A stretch of DNA of 64,000 nucleotides from Azolla caroliniana (lineage: Eukaryota; Plantae; Polypodiophyta). Positions within the stretch are counted from its first letter, which is position 1. Each line of letters starts with the position of its first letter. Shown one piece after another: positions 12,117-25,530 of this stretch. Below the pieces are notes generated by a model. That model had not been told where the DNA came from and ran no database searches. It was given only the letters and a program-made list of their open reading frames with translations. The DNA lies in assembly GCA_043228905.1 (NCBI GenBank), contig JBHGNT010000009.1, forward strand, positions 15,252,001 through 15,316,000. The letters are read 5' to 3'. Both the position numbers and the translations under genes were made by a program.

Positions 12117-13499
12117 TTTATTATTGGATAGTTGAGAGAATCAGTACGACATGAATTTCGGGACAGATAAACTGCAAAAGGTTAGTTTTTAGCATTTACT
12201 TTGCTTGCTTTGCACTCTAGCCCACCATTCATTATAATCACGAGGCTAAATCTAACTCTTGCTTTGTTTTAATGTATCCTAAAATTATTACTGGTGATGA
12301 GTTTCTATTACTAACAAATTATCATTTCTTCCATGAATGAAATTCATTGACATCTCTGTCTAAACATTGTTTGTGGAAATGCAGTTGTCTTACAAACGTT
12401 TGTCTTCTTTTCCTGGCCCTAAAATGCATTTGAGGATCTCCTTCCTACATCTTTGATGCAAATATATGAGCTGTCCGTATCAATTCTTTGTGGTGTACAA
12501 AAATGAAGTATGACACTTTTTTATGAAACAAAATCCCAAGTGTATAGTTTTAATTCGTTGCTTATTCTCTTGCCTGTTTAAATTTGGGAAATGATGAATG
12601 CAGGTGCATATGTAATAAGAATGTATTTTAGTTGATGCGGAACAAGTAGAGGATGCCAGTACTAAATAAAGAAGGAATGTTAACTTCACATGAACGGGTT
12701 CACGTTCAGAAGAGTAAAATATATCCCAACGAATCAAGATGGACTCGTGTTTGAACCCATTACCTCGAGGTATTGTGGCTTGCCATCTTAGGCAGCATAT
12801 ATACAGATATCATCTTTTATGGATCTGCACGCATAACACCCCCCCTTCTGCATATTGTTTCAATCTGTAAACCACATCAACCCTTCCTTGATTTACCTCT
12901 GCAGCAACAAAAAGATATTGTTAAGCTTGCAACAATAAAAAGGTCAGGTTGATACCAACATAAATTTGAAACAAGCCTAAACATATTTAATTCAGAATGT
13001 GGATGGAGGCTTCTCCCATTTGCTTTATCGTTTCTTTTTTGCTAATATTGTAGCTTTCTTTTGGCACTTTCTCGTATTTTCTTTTTGGGTTTAATCAAAT
13101 ATAGTAACCCTTGTTTTTGGTGTTGCTTTCTCCATCTTCTCTAGTTTCTCTACCTTCTCTATGTTCTCCTCTTTCTTTGCTTCAGCCTTCTCCCCTCTAC
13201 TATGACATTCTTTCAAACGGATACCAGTTATGTTCCCGTGGAACCTTCGTCTCATTTTGCTCTTGCTTTTAAAAAAACCCTTAATTGTTTCATTCATTTG
13301 GCCAAAATATGAATAAATTATGTGCGTAGATGGTGGCCATTGTTGGGTTTTGTTGTTGAATAGTTGTAACTTTTGGTTAAGCTGCTTTTGGTCTAGGGTA
13401 CTTCCTCCAGTCATAACTTTTGTTGTGAATATGGTCTGTGTATAGCTTGTTTACCGTATTTGACTTATATATGTGATAGTCAAAGAGGGGCTAGAAAAG

Positions 13500-14560
13500 A
13501 AGTGACGAAGACGAAAATAATGCAGTGAAGGACAGGGAAGATAACTCAAATAGATACAAGTTATTCTCTTCAAATTCTTAGCGGAAATGCACAAAATCTT
13601 TGAGCCACTCTAGAAGAGTTTTGTCATTGAATGGACTTACATACAATTATAATATGGAATCACATTTGTTTGTAAGGACAATTGTGTCTCCTCTGTTCTT
13701 TCTTGATTGAATGGATACTTTGGGTTCCAATGTCTGTTTCTTGATGTAATCTTTGTCATGGGTAAATCGACTTTGTATTAAAGTTACTTTTCAATTGGTT
13801 CTTACCTTCTCCAATGTACCTTTTGCTGCTTTTAGAGCATCTTTAGCTTAACCATATAGTAGATGACACGTTTGCTCAGTGCTCTCTTTCATTTTGAGCT
13901 AATTTGGGCATACATTCGCGGCATACATTCGCTTTGATGTGTAACCTTAACCTCTCCACATGATACTTGATTGGGGTAATTGCTTCTAACTATATCATTT
14001 GGAGTAGCATGAATATTGGTTTTGGATGTTGATATGTTGAATGCATGTTATTGAGTTTAGGATCCCAATTTGGCTAGTTTTCTTATCAATTTTAAGGATT
14101 TTATATAGGATCTTGTAAATGAACATAACATATTTCGTTGGCCCTTGATCAAGTGTCCTTGGTGTGCGCCAAGGTCTAGCAATCATTTGAATTGTCAAAT
14201 GATTTGCTTGTATGTTGTGTTGTCTTTGGATGCATTTAGTTCCACCCACTTTGTAGGACAATATGCAGCTACTAGAACACACCTATTTCTAGTGATAGAT
14301 TGAATCGTACTACAAACTGCAGGTCTCATTTTGGAAATGGTTCTAATTGCAATATTGATTGGTGACGCAATCCTTTTAGCATTTGTTGCATCCCTTGGTG
14401 TGGAAATGTACATGTTTTTGTATTGTTGGGTAATGTAGTTTGCTCGTTAACTTGTACCATATTTTGCATAGTATATTTTGGAAATGCCTTCTTTGCTTCA
14501 CTTACAACACATTGTTTCTCATGTTCTAAAATTTTATGCTAGAGTCTTCTTCACATTGTC
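13500..14560 (-). mobile_element. Highly decayed Gypsy-type integrase remnant
   Basis: ORF 14195-14413 contains RCVLVAAYCPTKWVELNASKDNT, resembling the Gypsy integrase YILVATDYxTKWVEA motif; boundaries approximate. Confidence 0.5.
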
Positions 14561-15199
14561 GTAAAGTTACACACGTGTGTGTGAAAGTAGAGCGGATCTA
14601 CTAGGGATTTGAACTAGAGAGAATGGAGTGGCGAGTCTTTGTGGGTACAATGCTTGAGGATGTTAGTTTCCCAAAGAACTAGATTTATTATTCTAGAACT
14701 CCAATAGAATGTGAGAGTCCAACCCCCTTGCTAGCACAAGTAGCAGTCCATGTAGTGGGAAAGAATGGAAACTACCTTATGTCACTATGATGCGCTCAAA
14801 AATATCGAAATGGAGAACGATCGAATCCATAAGAAATAAAAAACCCAATGAAAGAAAAACCTAAGGAACCCATTGATTTTAAGAAAAACTCCATCAAAGT
14901 TTCACGACGTTGGGTGTGACATCCCTATATTCATCTTGATTGGCATTGCTGATATTAAATTAGCCGCCTCTTGCTTGCTCACGCTACCCCATACATTAGA
15001 TTGCCTTTTCCAACCAAAGAGAAATATAGTTAGTGATATAGAGTTGTACATCCAACGGGATAGGCAAAAACAATCTCAAAAGGAGCAATTAAAGAGTCAA
15101 TAGAACTTTTTTTATTGAAAGAAAAGTAACTAGCTTCTTTTTTTTTTGCGTGAGGGAACAAGGAGCGTGGAGATTTCCAGCTCTCCAACCACTAAGAGC

Positions 15200-17590
15200 T
15201 TACGTACACATTGTGACATGGGTAATAAGATGTCCGATGACAAGCTTATGAGTCGGTACATCAATGGGCGATGACCCAACTTTGAAAAATTTCCTCATGG
15301 CAAAAATGTGTTGATCATTCACCGAAACATGCTTAGTGGTGATGAAGTTTGAAGATTCCATGATGGGCTCCAATCCGAGTCCCAACTAACAAATGTGACA
15401 ATGTCCCCAAACCTACACAACAAACGGCCCCAAGACATGCTCGAGTGGAACAAATTCACGCTTAGGCAACAAGAGAAAACATTCGTTGTCCAACATGTCA
15501 AGGATATCATACGAGACATGAATGCCCACTCTTACATTAAAGGCGTCCCCACTATTGCACATGGTGTGAGGCCTTTGTGATGCACTCATAAGAAAATTGC
15601 TAGCAAGCACTCACGAGGAGGTTCGGACAAGAACCTATGATTAAATATCCAAGATCACCACTAAGACCAAATCCTCCAACCCTACCCACTATCCTATCAA
15701 AACAACCACCACTCCCTCAAATTGGAACGTGACTAGCGGAGCTCGAACATGATAGAGATGAACGAGCCTAGGTTGGGGGCGTGAGGCCCCATTCGCTATT
15801 ATGAGAGTAAATACCAATACAATGATTGTGAGATTGATGAAGAAGTCCTATGTCACTTCATCGATTTCAAAGGTGACCAAATCCCGGACTATCCTAAGAA
15901 GCTAGCAATGAGGACCCCCAATGGGACACATAGGAGGCCCAAGATGATCTGGATTTAAACGCTTCAATTGCTAAGGTCTAGATATGGTCAATGAGTGTTG
16001 GACGAAGTATGAATATTCGATTGCATGACACAACAACCAAGGTACACCCAACAAGGCGCCCATGTACCTACATGACCATTAAATACCTTTGCCCAACAAA
16101 CACAAGAGCTTATCACCTACCTCCAACGAGAAACCTTGTGCCCCCAATGTGGACAAGAACACTTAGTACCTAGTTCCACTGGGAAAAAGTCTAGATATGG
16201 TCAATGAGTGTTGGACGAAGTATGAATATTCGATTGCATGACACAACAACCAAGGTACACCCAACAAGGCGCCCATGTACCTACATGACCATTAAATACC
16301 TTTGCCCAACAAACACAAGAGCTTATCACCTACCTCCAACGAGAAACCTTGTGCCCCCAATGTGGACAAGAACACTTAGTACCTAGTTCCACTGGGAAAA
16401 AGTCTAGATATGGTCAATGAGTGCTGGACGAAGTATGAATATTCGACTGCATGACACAACAACCAAGGTACACCCAACAAGGCGCCCATGTACCTACATG
16501 ACCATTAAATACCTTTGCCCAACAAACACAAGAGCTTATCACCTACCTCCAACGAGAAACCTTGTGCCCCCAATGTGGACAAGAACACTTAGTGCCTGGT
16601 TCCACCGGGAAAAAGAAGAGAATTGGCACAAATCTATTTTCAGTCCTCCCATCAACAATAGGAACCAATGTGATCCCACACACCCAAAGGATTACTCACA
16701 ACCTCAAATATCAAGAGAATGGGACACAAACTGTCCATTGTAGGAAGAGGAAACAAAAAAAGAGCAAATCGACCAAACCTTCACAATGAACCTTCCTTCC
16801 TAGCAACTTTGACGATGACAACGCGACAGAGGTACCTATTAAGAACTCGACAATAGGATTACCTGCACATCTTGCCACTTAGCCTAACCCCATAAAAAAA
16901 AAGCAAAGGGTAAAGGAGTACATTAAATTATTCGTTCATGAAGAGGAGCACATACCACCCAACCTATTGACCTTGTACTTTGGCCAACTCAGGTCAATAT
17001 TCCTCCCCACCAAAATGAGGTATCCATTGAATGACATAGCCCTGCTACTACAACGAACCCCTCCCCTACGTCTAGCAACAAAGAAGTCAAGGTGATGTTA
17101 TTGCAACAAATATTAGCAATCAAGGTTCAACTCACAATACACGAGGTGTATGCTCAATAGGTGCCCTTACAATCAAATCGACTTTAAATCGTATTCTATC
17201 TAAAAAGCTGACGCTTGAAGAATTATTAAAACTCAACCCTCAACCTTGGCATGACATTCTCCAAAGACTAAATGGTAAACTCTCTGTCAAGCATTGGGAA
17301 CCCATCCTCTCAAACCCGCTCAATACAGACGTCATTAAACAACAAGAGGACAATCTCTAAATCAACACAATTTGGAGCGCATTTCGAGATTGAGGACGCA
17401 AGTTTCGCTACATGACATGTTCACACTAAGGATACAAAGGGGAAGGAGTTAGCCTTTTATGCCAACAAACTCCTCCGTAAAAGGGCTATTCTTTCCTATG
17501 TATAGAAATAATTTGGATCTGGTAAACCAAAATTGGAATTGGCGCAATTTGCGGGCTTAGTTGGTAGAGCACGCCCTTGATAATTGTGAA
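15200..17590 (+). mobile_element. Decayed Gypsy-like gag/pol remnant
   Basis: Zinc-knuckle-like CPQCGQEH at 16562 and fragmentary RT/RNase H-like peptides at ~17240-17560; many stops. Confidence 0.4.
15976..16614. repeat. Three near-identical 213-bp tandem repeats
   Basis: Units start GTCTAGATATGGTCAATGAG at 15976, 16189 and 16402; the ORF translations at 15991 and 16204 are identical. Confidence 0.97.
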
Positions 17591-17600
17591 GTATACATGC

Positions 17601-18100
17601 TGTTGGGAAAACAGGTCCCTCTCGATGGGAAGAAGAGAATGAACCAAATCGAAGAAACATGGGTTATTTGAAATTGAAAATCGATTATATAACCGATTTG
17701 GGAAAATTTATTTATAAATAGTCTAAATGTGCCCCATGTGGGCCATATCTGTAAATAGCCAAAAAGTTGTATAAGTATAAATACAACTAGGGCGAACTCT
17801 ATGTTTGTGTAGTTATGTATCATTATTAGTTATTACATAGTTAGAGAAGGTTGTTGCCTCTGTAACCGTGAGAGAGTGAGAGTTAGTGAGTAACTCTACG
17901 GCCGTTAGTCTGATGAAGGAGAGCTTAATGTTGTTGCCTTGGAGCTTCTCATGTTACTCCTCCTATCATAGTGATTTGGTTGGAGTTTGTGGACTCCACA
18001 TGGTTTTTCCCTTTCGGGTTTTCCACGTAAATATCTGTGTCTTTGTATCTATTTCGTTTTGTGTGTGTCTGTGCACATTTATCTCTGTCTTTGCACCCGA
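17601..18100 (+). mobile_element. LTR-like segment (solo or truncated)
   Basis: Starts TGTTGGG; carries GTTTTTCCCTTTCGGGTTTTCCACGTAAA, similar to the reverse-strand LTR motif at ~60890-60925. Confidence 0.5.
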
Positions 18101-21100
18101 ATACGTATAAGAGCAACCGATAGTGGCCGATCACGATCCCAACACATACAAGGATGTCAGCATTCGGTCGAATTTGCAAAGGTAAAGTTGAGCTCTAGCT
18201 TTATTCGGCTAGTTATCAAATTGCATGTCATCCGAATCAGCTTGTTCATTCGAATTGGCTCATGTCCGGTTCGGACTCTCGGCCTTTGGTCGATCGTTTC
18301 CTTCTTGCTTGTGCTAGCTCCTATGCTCCTCGCTGGATCCTCGATCTATCTTCATGTTCGTTTGCCTCTCGATTGTTTGCTCTCCAGTCGGTATCCTCGC
18401 TCAATGCTGAATCTTTAGCCTCTTGGCATTCTGATTCTTTTGACTTTGCCTTTTTGGCTCGTCCACTCGGGCCGATCTTCGACTTTCCTTCTGCTGCTAT
18501 TTGTTCAACTCTCTTCTGCTCAGTCACTTGTCGTAGTCCCACCATTGACCTCAGTGCTCTAAAGCGTTGTTCTAGGAGTGGCTTTGTTAGGCAATCGACG
18601 ATGTTCACCTCGATGTTGATCCTGCGGACTTCGAGTTTCTTCTTTGTTACGAGCTCCGGGATATGACGAAACCGTACCTCAATGTGTTTCTTCTTCACAT
18701 GATAGACTGGAGTTCAAATGAGGTGTATTGCCCTATGAGAGTCATATAGATGGTTGGTGCTAGATGGTCAATTCGTCTTGTCGTCGAGAAGTCGACTGAT
18801 AGTTGCTGCAGCCAAATGGCTTCCTTCGTTGCCTTCGATGTCACTATGTACTCAGCCTTTGTGGTAGACAAGGACGTGCAATCTTGAAGCTTCGACCTCC
18901 ATGATATGGTGCCGCTCTCATAGGTGAAAATATAGCCTAATGCTTACTTCCGATTGTCCGATTTTCGGCATAGTCGGAGTCGGTATAACCTTTGACTTTG
19001 GTCGTATTTGCCGGTCTGAAAGTTAGTATACATCTTCGGTTCCTCTTAGATATGCAAGGTCGGGTCGGAGCACCACCCTTGTGTACATGACACTTCCTAC
19101 GTCCGATGTGTAGGGTATTTTCCATTGATGTGTAGTGTATTTTCCATTGAACTCTCTCCTTATCCGTCAAAGGAAGGTCTTTTTCTGATAGTTGGATCGA
19201 TGTTAGAAGTGGCGTTGGTCTAGATTTGAATTCTCCATATTTAAGCATCTTTGCACCTTTCAGATGTAGTCAGATTGGGAGAGACAAAGAGTCTTTTGAT
19301 TTTGATTTTGATTTCGCTCGATCATCATGCCCAGTATGTGCCGAGCTTGTCCGAGTTCCTTCATCGCAAATTTCTCATGAAGGCTCTTTTAGCTTTCCGA
19401 TCTCTACTCGATTGCTCCCTGCAATGAGCATCTCATCGACGTATAGGATCAAATAGATCCGGAACTCATAGGCTAATTGCCAAATATACATGCATGAGTC
19501 GGAGTTGGACCAGTGGTAACCAATTTGCCTGATGTAGTAGTCAAACTTTTGGTACCACATCCTCGGCGCTTGTTTTAAGCCATAACGGCTTTTCTTTAGT
19601 TGACATACGAGATGACCTTCCTCCCCCGTTGCCGTGAAGCTTGCCAGTTGAGACATATAGATGTCTTCTTCCAAGTCTCCGTGTAGGAATGTCGTCTTGA
19701 TGTCTAGTTGCTCGAGCTCTAGGTCTCAGTCGCCACGACCCCAAGTAGAAGGCGGAGGGTGGTCATCTTGACTACTGGTGAGAATATCTCGTCGTAGTCA
19801 ATCCCATGTTCTTGTTTGAATCCTTTCCCGACGAGCCAAGCTTTATATTTGGGCTTCTCTGAATCGGATACACGTTTGTATCGGAAGACTCATTTGCAGG
19901 GCAACGGCTTCCTTCCAACTGGTAGTTCGAGCTCCCATGTTTGATTTTGATGAATCAAGTCCATCTCGGATTTCATGGCTTGTAGCCATGTGTCGGCGTC
20001 TGACACAGCTATAAATTCTTTGTAAGAGCTTGGTTCACTTGTGTCTGTGTATTTCATATAGTCAAGGTTCGGTTGGTAAAACTCTGTCAGCCTTTGGACT
20101 CGTTTGGATCACCTGAGCGCCGATTTTGGTTCAATTTCTTCAATTGGCTCGGTCGGCCGATCGGTATTACTTGAACCATCTTCATGAGTCTTGTTGGATG
20201 ACCTACCTCTACAATAGGATTTCGGTGATGTCCAGTCATCCTCCCCTTTTTTGGGAGTGATTGGTAGAGTGGTAGGTGTCTTGTTCGGTACCTTGGCTTG
20301 TTTGGATTATTTGGTTATGGCGACTCTGTCGTTTTCGTCTCATGTCAATCTCGTAGTCGAATCAATTTCGACTATGGACTTCTTGCCGATTTGCAGTCGG
20401 CAAGGGTATCGGTGGCTTGATTTTGACTATTTGTCGAATCTCCAATTCGGCCCGGTAGGTCCGTCCTTCTATCCATCTCTATCGATTTCGAAGGAGAACT
20501 TTTTGCTGATTTTTTACTGTATCGAGTTGGAGAGTATTGAGTCTTCATTGAAGACTACATCGCTGGTCTAAATCAATCTCTGGTTCTCTGGATCCCATAG
20601 CCGATAGTCGAATTCCCCATTGGTTCCATAGCCAAGAAATATACAATTCAGTGCATGGGGTGCCAACTTGGTCCTTTTGTCCCCGGGGATGAATGCATAG
20701 GCTTCACATCCGAATATACGGAGCCTATCATAGGTCGGTTGTTTGTCTGACCATAGTGTATATGGCATCTTGAGCCTTATTGCTCTCGAAGACGACAAAT
20801 TGATCGAGTATATTACCACAAGTAGTGCCTCGGCCCAAAATTCCATCTTCAGTCAGGAGTGTTGGACCATTGCTGTCACTTTCTCTTGGATCGTCCGGTT
20901 GATCCGTTCTGCCATGCCATTCTGCAAGGGTGTGTATGGAATGGTCTTTTGGTGTTGGATACCTTTTTCAGATAGGTATTGTTTGAAGTCTTGGGAGGTG
21001 TATTCCCCTTTGTTGTCGGATCGGAGTGTCTTCACTCTGTATTCATACCGGTTCTCCATTTCGGTTATCCATTGAGTAAAGACCTCAAGTGCTTCATCTT

Positions 21101-21410
21101 TCAACCTAATCGAGTAGGCCCAAACCTTCCACATACATTCATCAATGAACGTGATGAAGTACAAGAGCCTCTTAGTGATCATTCAAGCATAGGCCCACAT
21201 ATATCTGTGTGCATGAGCTCTAGGGGCTGTCGTACCGTCTCATAGTGGAGAGAGTACGGACTTCGGGTTTGTTTCCCATAACGACAATACTCACAGAAGT
21301 CTGTCTTTGTCTATAGCTTCAGGATGTAGCCAATCGCCATCAACTAGTCTAATCTGGCTTGAGATGTATGGCCGAGTTGGCCATGCCATAAGTTCGAGTT
21401 CTGCGATTTG
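18100..21410 (-). mobile_element. Degenerate Ty1/Copia internal region (GAG-pre-integrase, INT, RT, RNase H, 3' extension)
   Basis: ORFs 20853-21182 (LRSDNKGEY, QNGMAER), 20568-20846 (IFGCEAY), 19375-19674 (YGLKQAPRMW, LYVDEM) and 18321-18698 (KHIEVRFRHI). Confidence 0.9.
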
Positions 21411-22879
21411 ACTATATGAATTAGCTCACAACTATTGTTATGGTTAATATGCTCATAAGACTCATCATCATAGAATACACCGTCATACTTATCTTGTAGT
21501 TCTACTTTTGACTCCAATACATGGGTGAGACAAACATCACATTTTAAAACACATCGTTAAATATTGGGTTTTATATCTAACATTTACCAACGTGTTTTTG
21601 TGCCACTCGATATCACCAAAATTGTTTGGTGATACTCAAGGAAAAAAAAGAAGTTTGGTGATACAGAGACATGACACAATTATTGACAAGCATGGTAATG
21701 TGTTTTCATGTCGTTATGCCCCTATATTAGTGACTCAAGGTCTTCTGTCTTGTTGATACCATAGGTAGAAGTCAATGAGTTCTATTTTGTGAACTCACCA
21801 TGATCAAACTTCATGTAGCTCCCCACACAATAATAACTCAACAATTTCTATCAAGCATAGCTCACATGATATAACTCAATGAGTTATAACGTAGCCTTTG
21901 CATGATACAAGGCAAGAAAGGGAGGAGCAACGATAGGCGCTATTGGAACACAAATGAATGTTCTTGATGTAGGTTGCATCATAACCTATAACAAATGAAA
22001 ACACTAAATCATTATCATTCATGATGCCTACTATTGTGGTCCATGATCTAGAATTGGTGGCAAATGATCTATAGAAAGGTCAGCTATTCGATAAAAAAAA
22101 AAAAAAAAAAAACATGTATTGAACACCAATGATGTCTATCATAAATTGATTGAATGTGGAGCTTGGTTGATGTTACTGAAGGCGTCACTTACAATGATAT
22201 GGTACATGTGTATGTTTTTATTTCTATACAATGACAAATTGGGGCAATTGCTAAAGCTATGTGGGTTGTTACATGATAACTTTGGGCATTTGATAACAAG
22301 GAAGTTTGGTCACCCTTCTAGTGGGTCGGTGCTCTAAGGGCTCAAGAGCTTTATGTGTGTGTAAGAGGTGGGGAGGTATTTAACAACCTTGAGTATGCGT
22401 GTGGTGCATTGTCCAATCGAGGAATCAAAGTTGGGTTGGGAGCCCAGTGCACTCCATGGACTATAATGATGGGGATCTTACATGATTTGCTTGTCATTCC
22501 ACAAGAACCATGTTTCCTCAGGCTACACAAGTAGGGACACTTTCAAGAGGGTTCTTCTTTCTCTCTCCGAGGCGACCACCTTTCACGTAGTTGCAATTAG
22601 AGAGACCATTGGTCATGATGCTACCACAACAAATCCACAGTAAATCAACAATGTCACATAAAATCATTAGAGCAACGTTCACTTTGCTCCTTATGTTAGT
22701 CGAAGCACTTTTTCAAGTAGTAGTTTTCATTAAAAGGATACATAGCCAATCACGAGATAGGATATTTCGTGAAGCTTTTGAGGCATCTCGATCACTATAT
22801 GAGTCTAGAGATACTAGCTACTGGAATAGTATCGTGGTAAGGTAGCTTTCCCAAAACAACCTAAACATTAATAACCTAT

Positions 22880-23812
22880 CTCCTCTTAGGTATGAACACA
22901 ATACACATAAAACTTCAATCTCCCATGTGGACCATAACAAAGTGATACGCCAAGAAATATGGCAATTTATACTTGACATAATGAATTAACCCACTAGAGC
23001 CACTCCCATTTAAAATGTTGTACTATAAGGGACATTTCACTTCTTTGAGTGAGGACTTATTATACAACCAAAATATCTTGATATGTTCTTACTAAATGCA
23101 CTATCCCACCAACTTGAGATTGACAATGGTTGTGCTAATGGGGTTCCTTGAGAGAAAAGGATATGTAGATTATGTGACATAGAGATAGAGGATGAGTACC
23201 ATTTTACATGCAAATGTCCAGCTTACATTGAGATAAGGGGAAAATACAAATACATACTTGGACCCTCTCTGACTCTCTCCCAATTATTAGATACCTTGGA
23301 CATAAAGATACTAGGTAGGTATATCTTAGAGCTAAAATGGCATAGGGAGTGTAAGCTACAAAATGTTAACCATAACCTTTCTAGTGTACACCAACGTGTA
23401 ACCGTTGAATTTTTTCGAGGACAAGGGGGGACGATGAACGTGAACACACCTACATTAGCAGGCATCTCCCTTGATGAAGCAAAAAACCAAAGAGCACGCA
23501 AATGCCCTCGGATACTGGGCTAAGAATGCACTCGTTGTCGTGTAATTAAGAAGATATGAGAATGACAGTTACCCCGCCTAGAAGCTAAGGTCGAAATACC
23601 AATTACATCAAGACTATGGGGTACACCCACATCGAAATCCTTCAACCCCCCCTCCTTTTTGAGAGAGTTGGATGGAAAGAAAATTATAGTCTAAGCATAT
23701 AGGCTCTTCTTTGTAGACCATTTTTTCGTACCATGCTAAAACCATTACTCTAATCAATTGTCTCACGGGCCAAATTTGGTCTTAGAAGACATTAATATAT
23801 CTTTCTTTCTTT
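22880..23812 (+). mobile_element. 3' fragment of a second, diverged RTE/RTEX-like LINE subfamily
   Basis: Encodes KRICRLCDIEIEDEYHFTCKCPAY...LGRYILELKWHRE; ends GGGCCAAATTTGGTCTTAGAAGACATTAATATATCTTTCTTTC. Confidence 0.78.
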
Positions 23813-23823
23813 TATTTTTTTGA

Positions 23824-24469
23824 TCGTACTTAGCTTTACCCTAGTGGTAAGTTTGTTACTCTACTAGAACTATGTCGAAACGCAATTTTCGTACCTCTCT
23901 ATTATTACTCCACACATATCACTTAATTTGCCTGATGCCATTGTGGAATGTAGGGGTTGAACCCATGACCTTTTGGACTGTCTCTTTTTTTATTATCGTA
24001 ATTAGCATACCCTAGTAGTAAGTTTGTTACTCTACTAGAACTGATGCCATTGTGGAATGTAGGGGTTGAACCCATGACCTTTTGGACTGTCTCTTTTTTT
24101 ATTATCGTAATTAGCGTACCCTAGTGGTAAGTTTGTTACTCTACAAGAACTGATGGCATTGTGGAATGTAGGGGTTGAACCCATGACCTTTTGGACTGTC
24201 TCTTTTTTTATTATCGTAATTAGCGTACCCTAGTGGTAAGTTGTTACCTTACAAGCATCGCGTCTTGAGTTCGAAACCTAATTTCCTCACCTCTCTATAC
24301 TTCATAGATATCATGAGATCTCTTAATTCACTAATCTCTTAATTCACTAGATGCCACTGTGGAATGTAGGGGTTGAACCCATGACCTTGTGGTGGAATGT
24401 AGGGGTTGAACCCATGACCTTGTGGTCTCCGTTGAGGAACCTTACCAAGTGAACTACATCCATCTTGGA
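23824..24469. repeat. Array of tRNA-derived SINE-like pieces: 109-bp tandem unit (about 3 copies) plus two convergent tRNA-like heads
   Basis: Units start CTGATG at 23932, 24041 and 24150. Plus-strand A/B boxes TAGCGTACCCTAGTGG...GAGTTCGAAAC (24221-24277). Minus-strand A/B boxes TAGTTCACTTGG...GGTTCAACCCC (24394-24469). Confidence 0.72.
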
Positions 24470-24640
24470 CTCTCTCACTCTCTCTCTCTCTTTGGGTGTC
24501 AAACACAGAAACAAACAGAGCTTTTAGTAAGAGAGATAGAAAGGAAAGAAGGAGATATGGTGGTGAGCCAATGAGAGAGAAATAGAGGAAAGAGGCTTTG
24601 GATAAGGCAAATAAAAAGAAAACACAATAGGCTAGAAAGG

Positions 24641-24672
24641 GAAGAAGAAGAAGAAGAAGAAGAAGAAGAAGA
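24641..24672. repeat. (GAA)n microsatellite upstream of PsaE
   Basis: About 11 GAA units seen directly. Confidence 0.95.
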
Positions 24673-24831
24673 AAAAAACCCTAGTCCCACAGAGGCACAC
24701 GCAGGGATAAAGGAATCTGTCGCTGTTTTCGGACCTTTTCCATCTCAGATTTTGCTTATTTTGAGAACAGGACGGATCCTCCTAACCTATTTTTCGCATC
24801 CATTTTGTAGTTTCTAGCATCAATTTTGACA

Positions 24832-25530
24832 ATGGCCTCAATGATCTCTGCCTCTGCCTCTGCCTCCCTTTCCATCCTCTCCTCCTCCTCCTCCTCCTCC
24901 TCATCCATGGTGTTTGTGCACAGAGTTCATCTTTCTTCTTCTTCCTCTCGTAGGAGAACTTGTGTTGTTCGGGCTAGCGCAGCAGCAGCACCTCCACCGC
25001 CACCACCGGCTGTTGAGAAGCCAGCTGAAAAGCCGAAGCCCATCGGCCCACCTCGTGGCTCCAAGGTATTGTTATCACTTCTCCTTATTTCCTCTGTGTT
25101 CTTGTTTCTGAAAGGGAGATTTCTTTTTCTCCATCTTTATCCGAGTTTTTTTCTCCGTCTTTCTGAGGGATTTTATTTATTTATTATTATTGGAATTATC
25201 TGATGGATCTTCCACACAACATGCCTCAAACCCTAAAATTTGTCTTTCTTAAGGTGAAGATTTTGAGGCCGGAATCGTATTGGTTCAATGGAGTTGGCAC
25301 AGTTGTTGCTGTGGATCAGGTTCTAATATAAATAATTCCAACAAATTTAAGAACAAGAAGATGCAATCCTAATATCCACACTCACATTTTTTTTTCTGGG
25401 TTTTTGTTTTCGTGGTTATGTCCTAAAGTCTTCATGTGCACGGTACCCGGTCGTGGTTCGATTTGATATGGTCAATTATGCAGGAATCTCAACCAACAAC
25501 TATGCATTGGATGAGATTGTTCCTGCTTAG
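24832..25530 (+). CDS. PsaE: Photosystem I reaction centre subunit IV (PsaE), chloroplast precursor
   Basis: Exons 24832-25065, 25254-25319 and 25429-25530 (GT-AG). Ser-rich transit peptide ending VVRA, then [63 protein letters not shown]. Confidence 0.97.

Noticed and set aside
15991-16743. Three tandem 60-aa small-protein genes
   Set aside because: The ORFs are a by-product of the 213-bp repeat inside a decayed retroelement and show no recognisable domain.
22093-22112. Poly(A) run as a processed-pseudogene tail
   Set aside because: No recognisable upstream coding sequence or TSD.
23932-24258. CRISPR-like repeat array
   Set aside because: The units are full tandem copies with no unique spacers, there are no cas genes and the context is eukaryotic.
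24394-24469. Functional tRNA gene on the minus strand
   Set aside because: A and B boxes are present, but the anticodon and acceptor stems do not pair properly and the element is partly duplicated; a SINE head fits better.
24826-25203. Unspliced ORF giving PsaE a transmembrane C-terminus
   Set aside because: The hydrophobic tail is read-through of T-rich intron 1; the spliced exons restore canonical PsaE.
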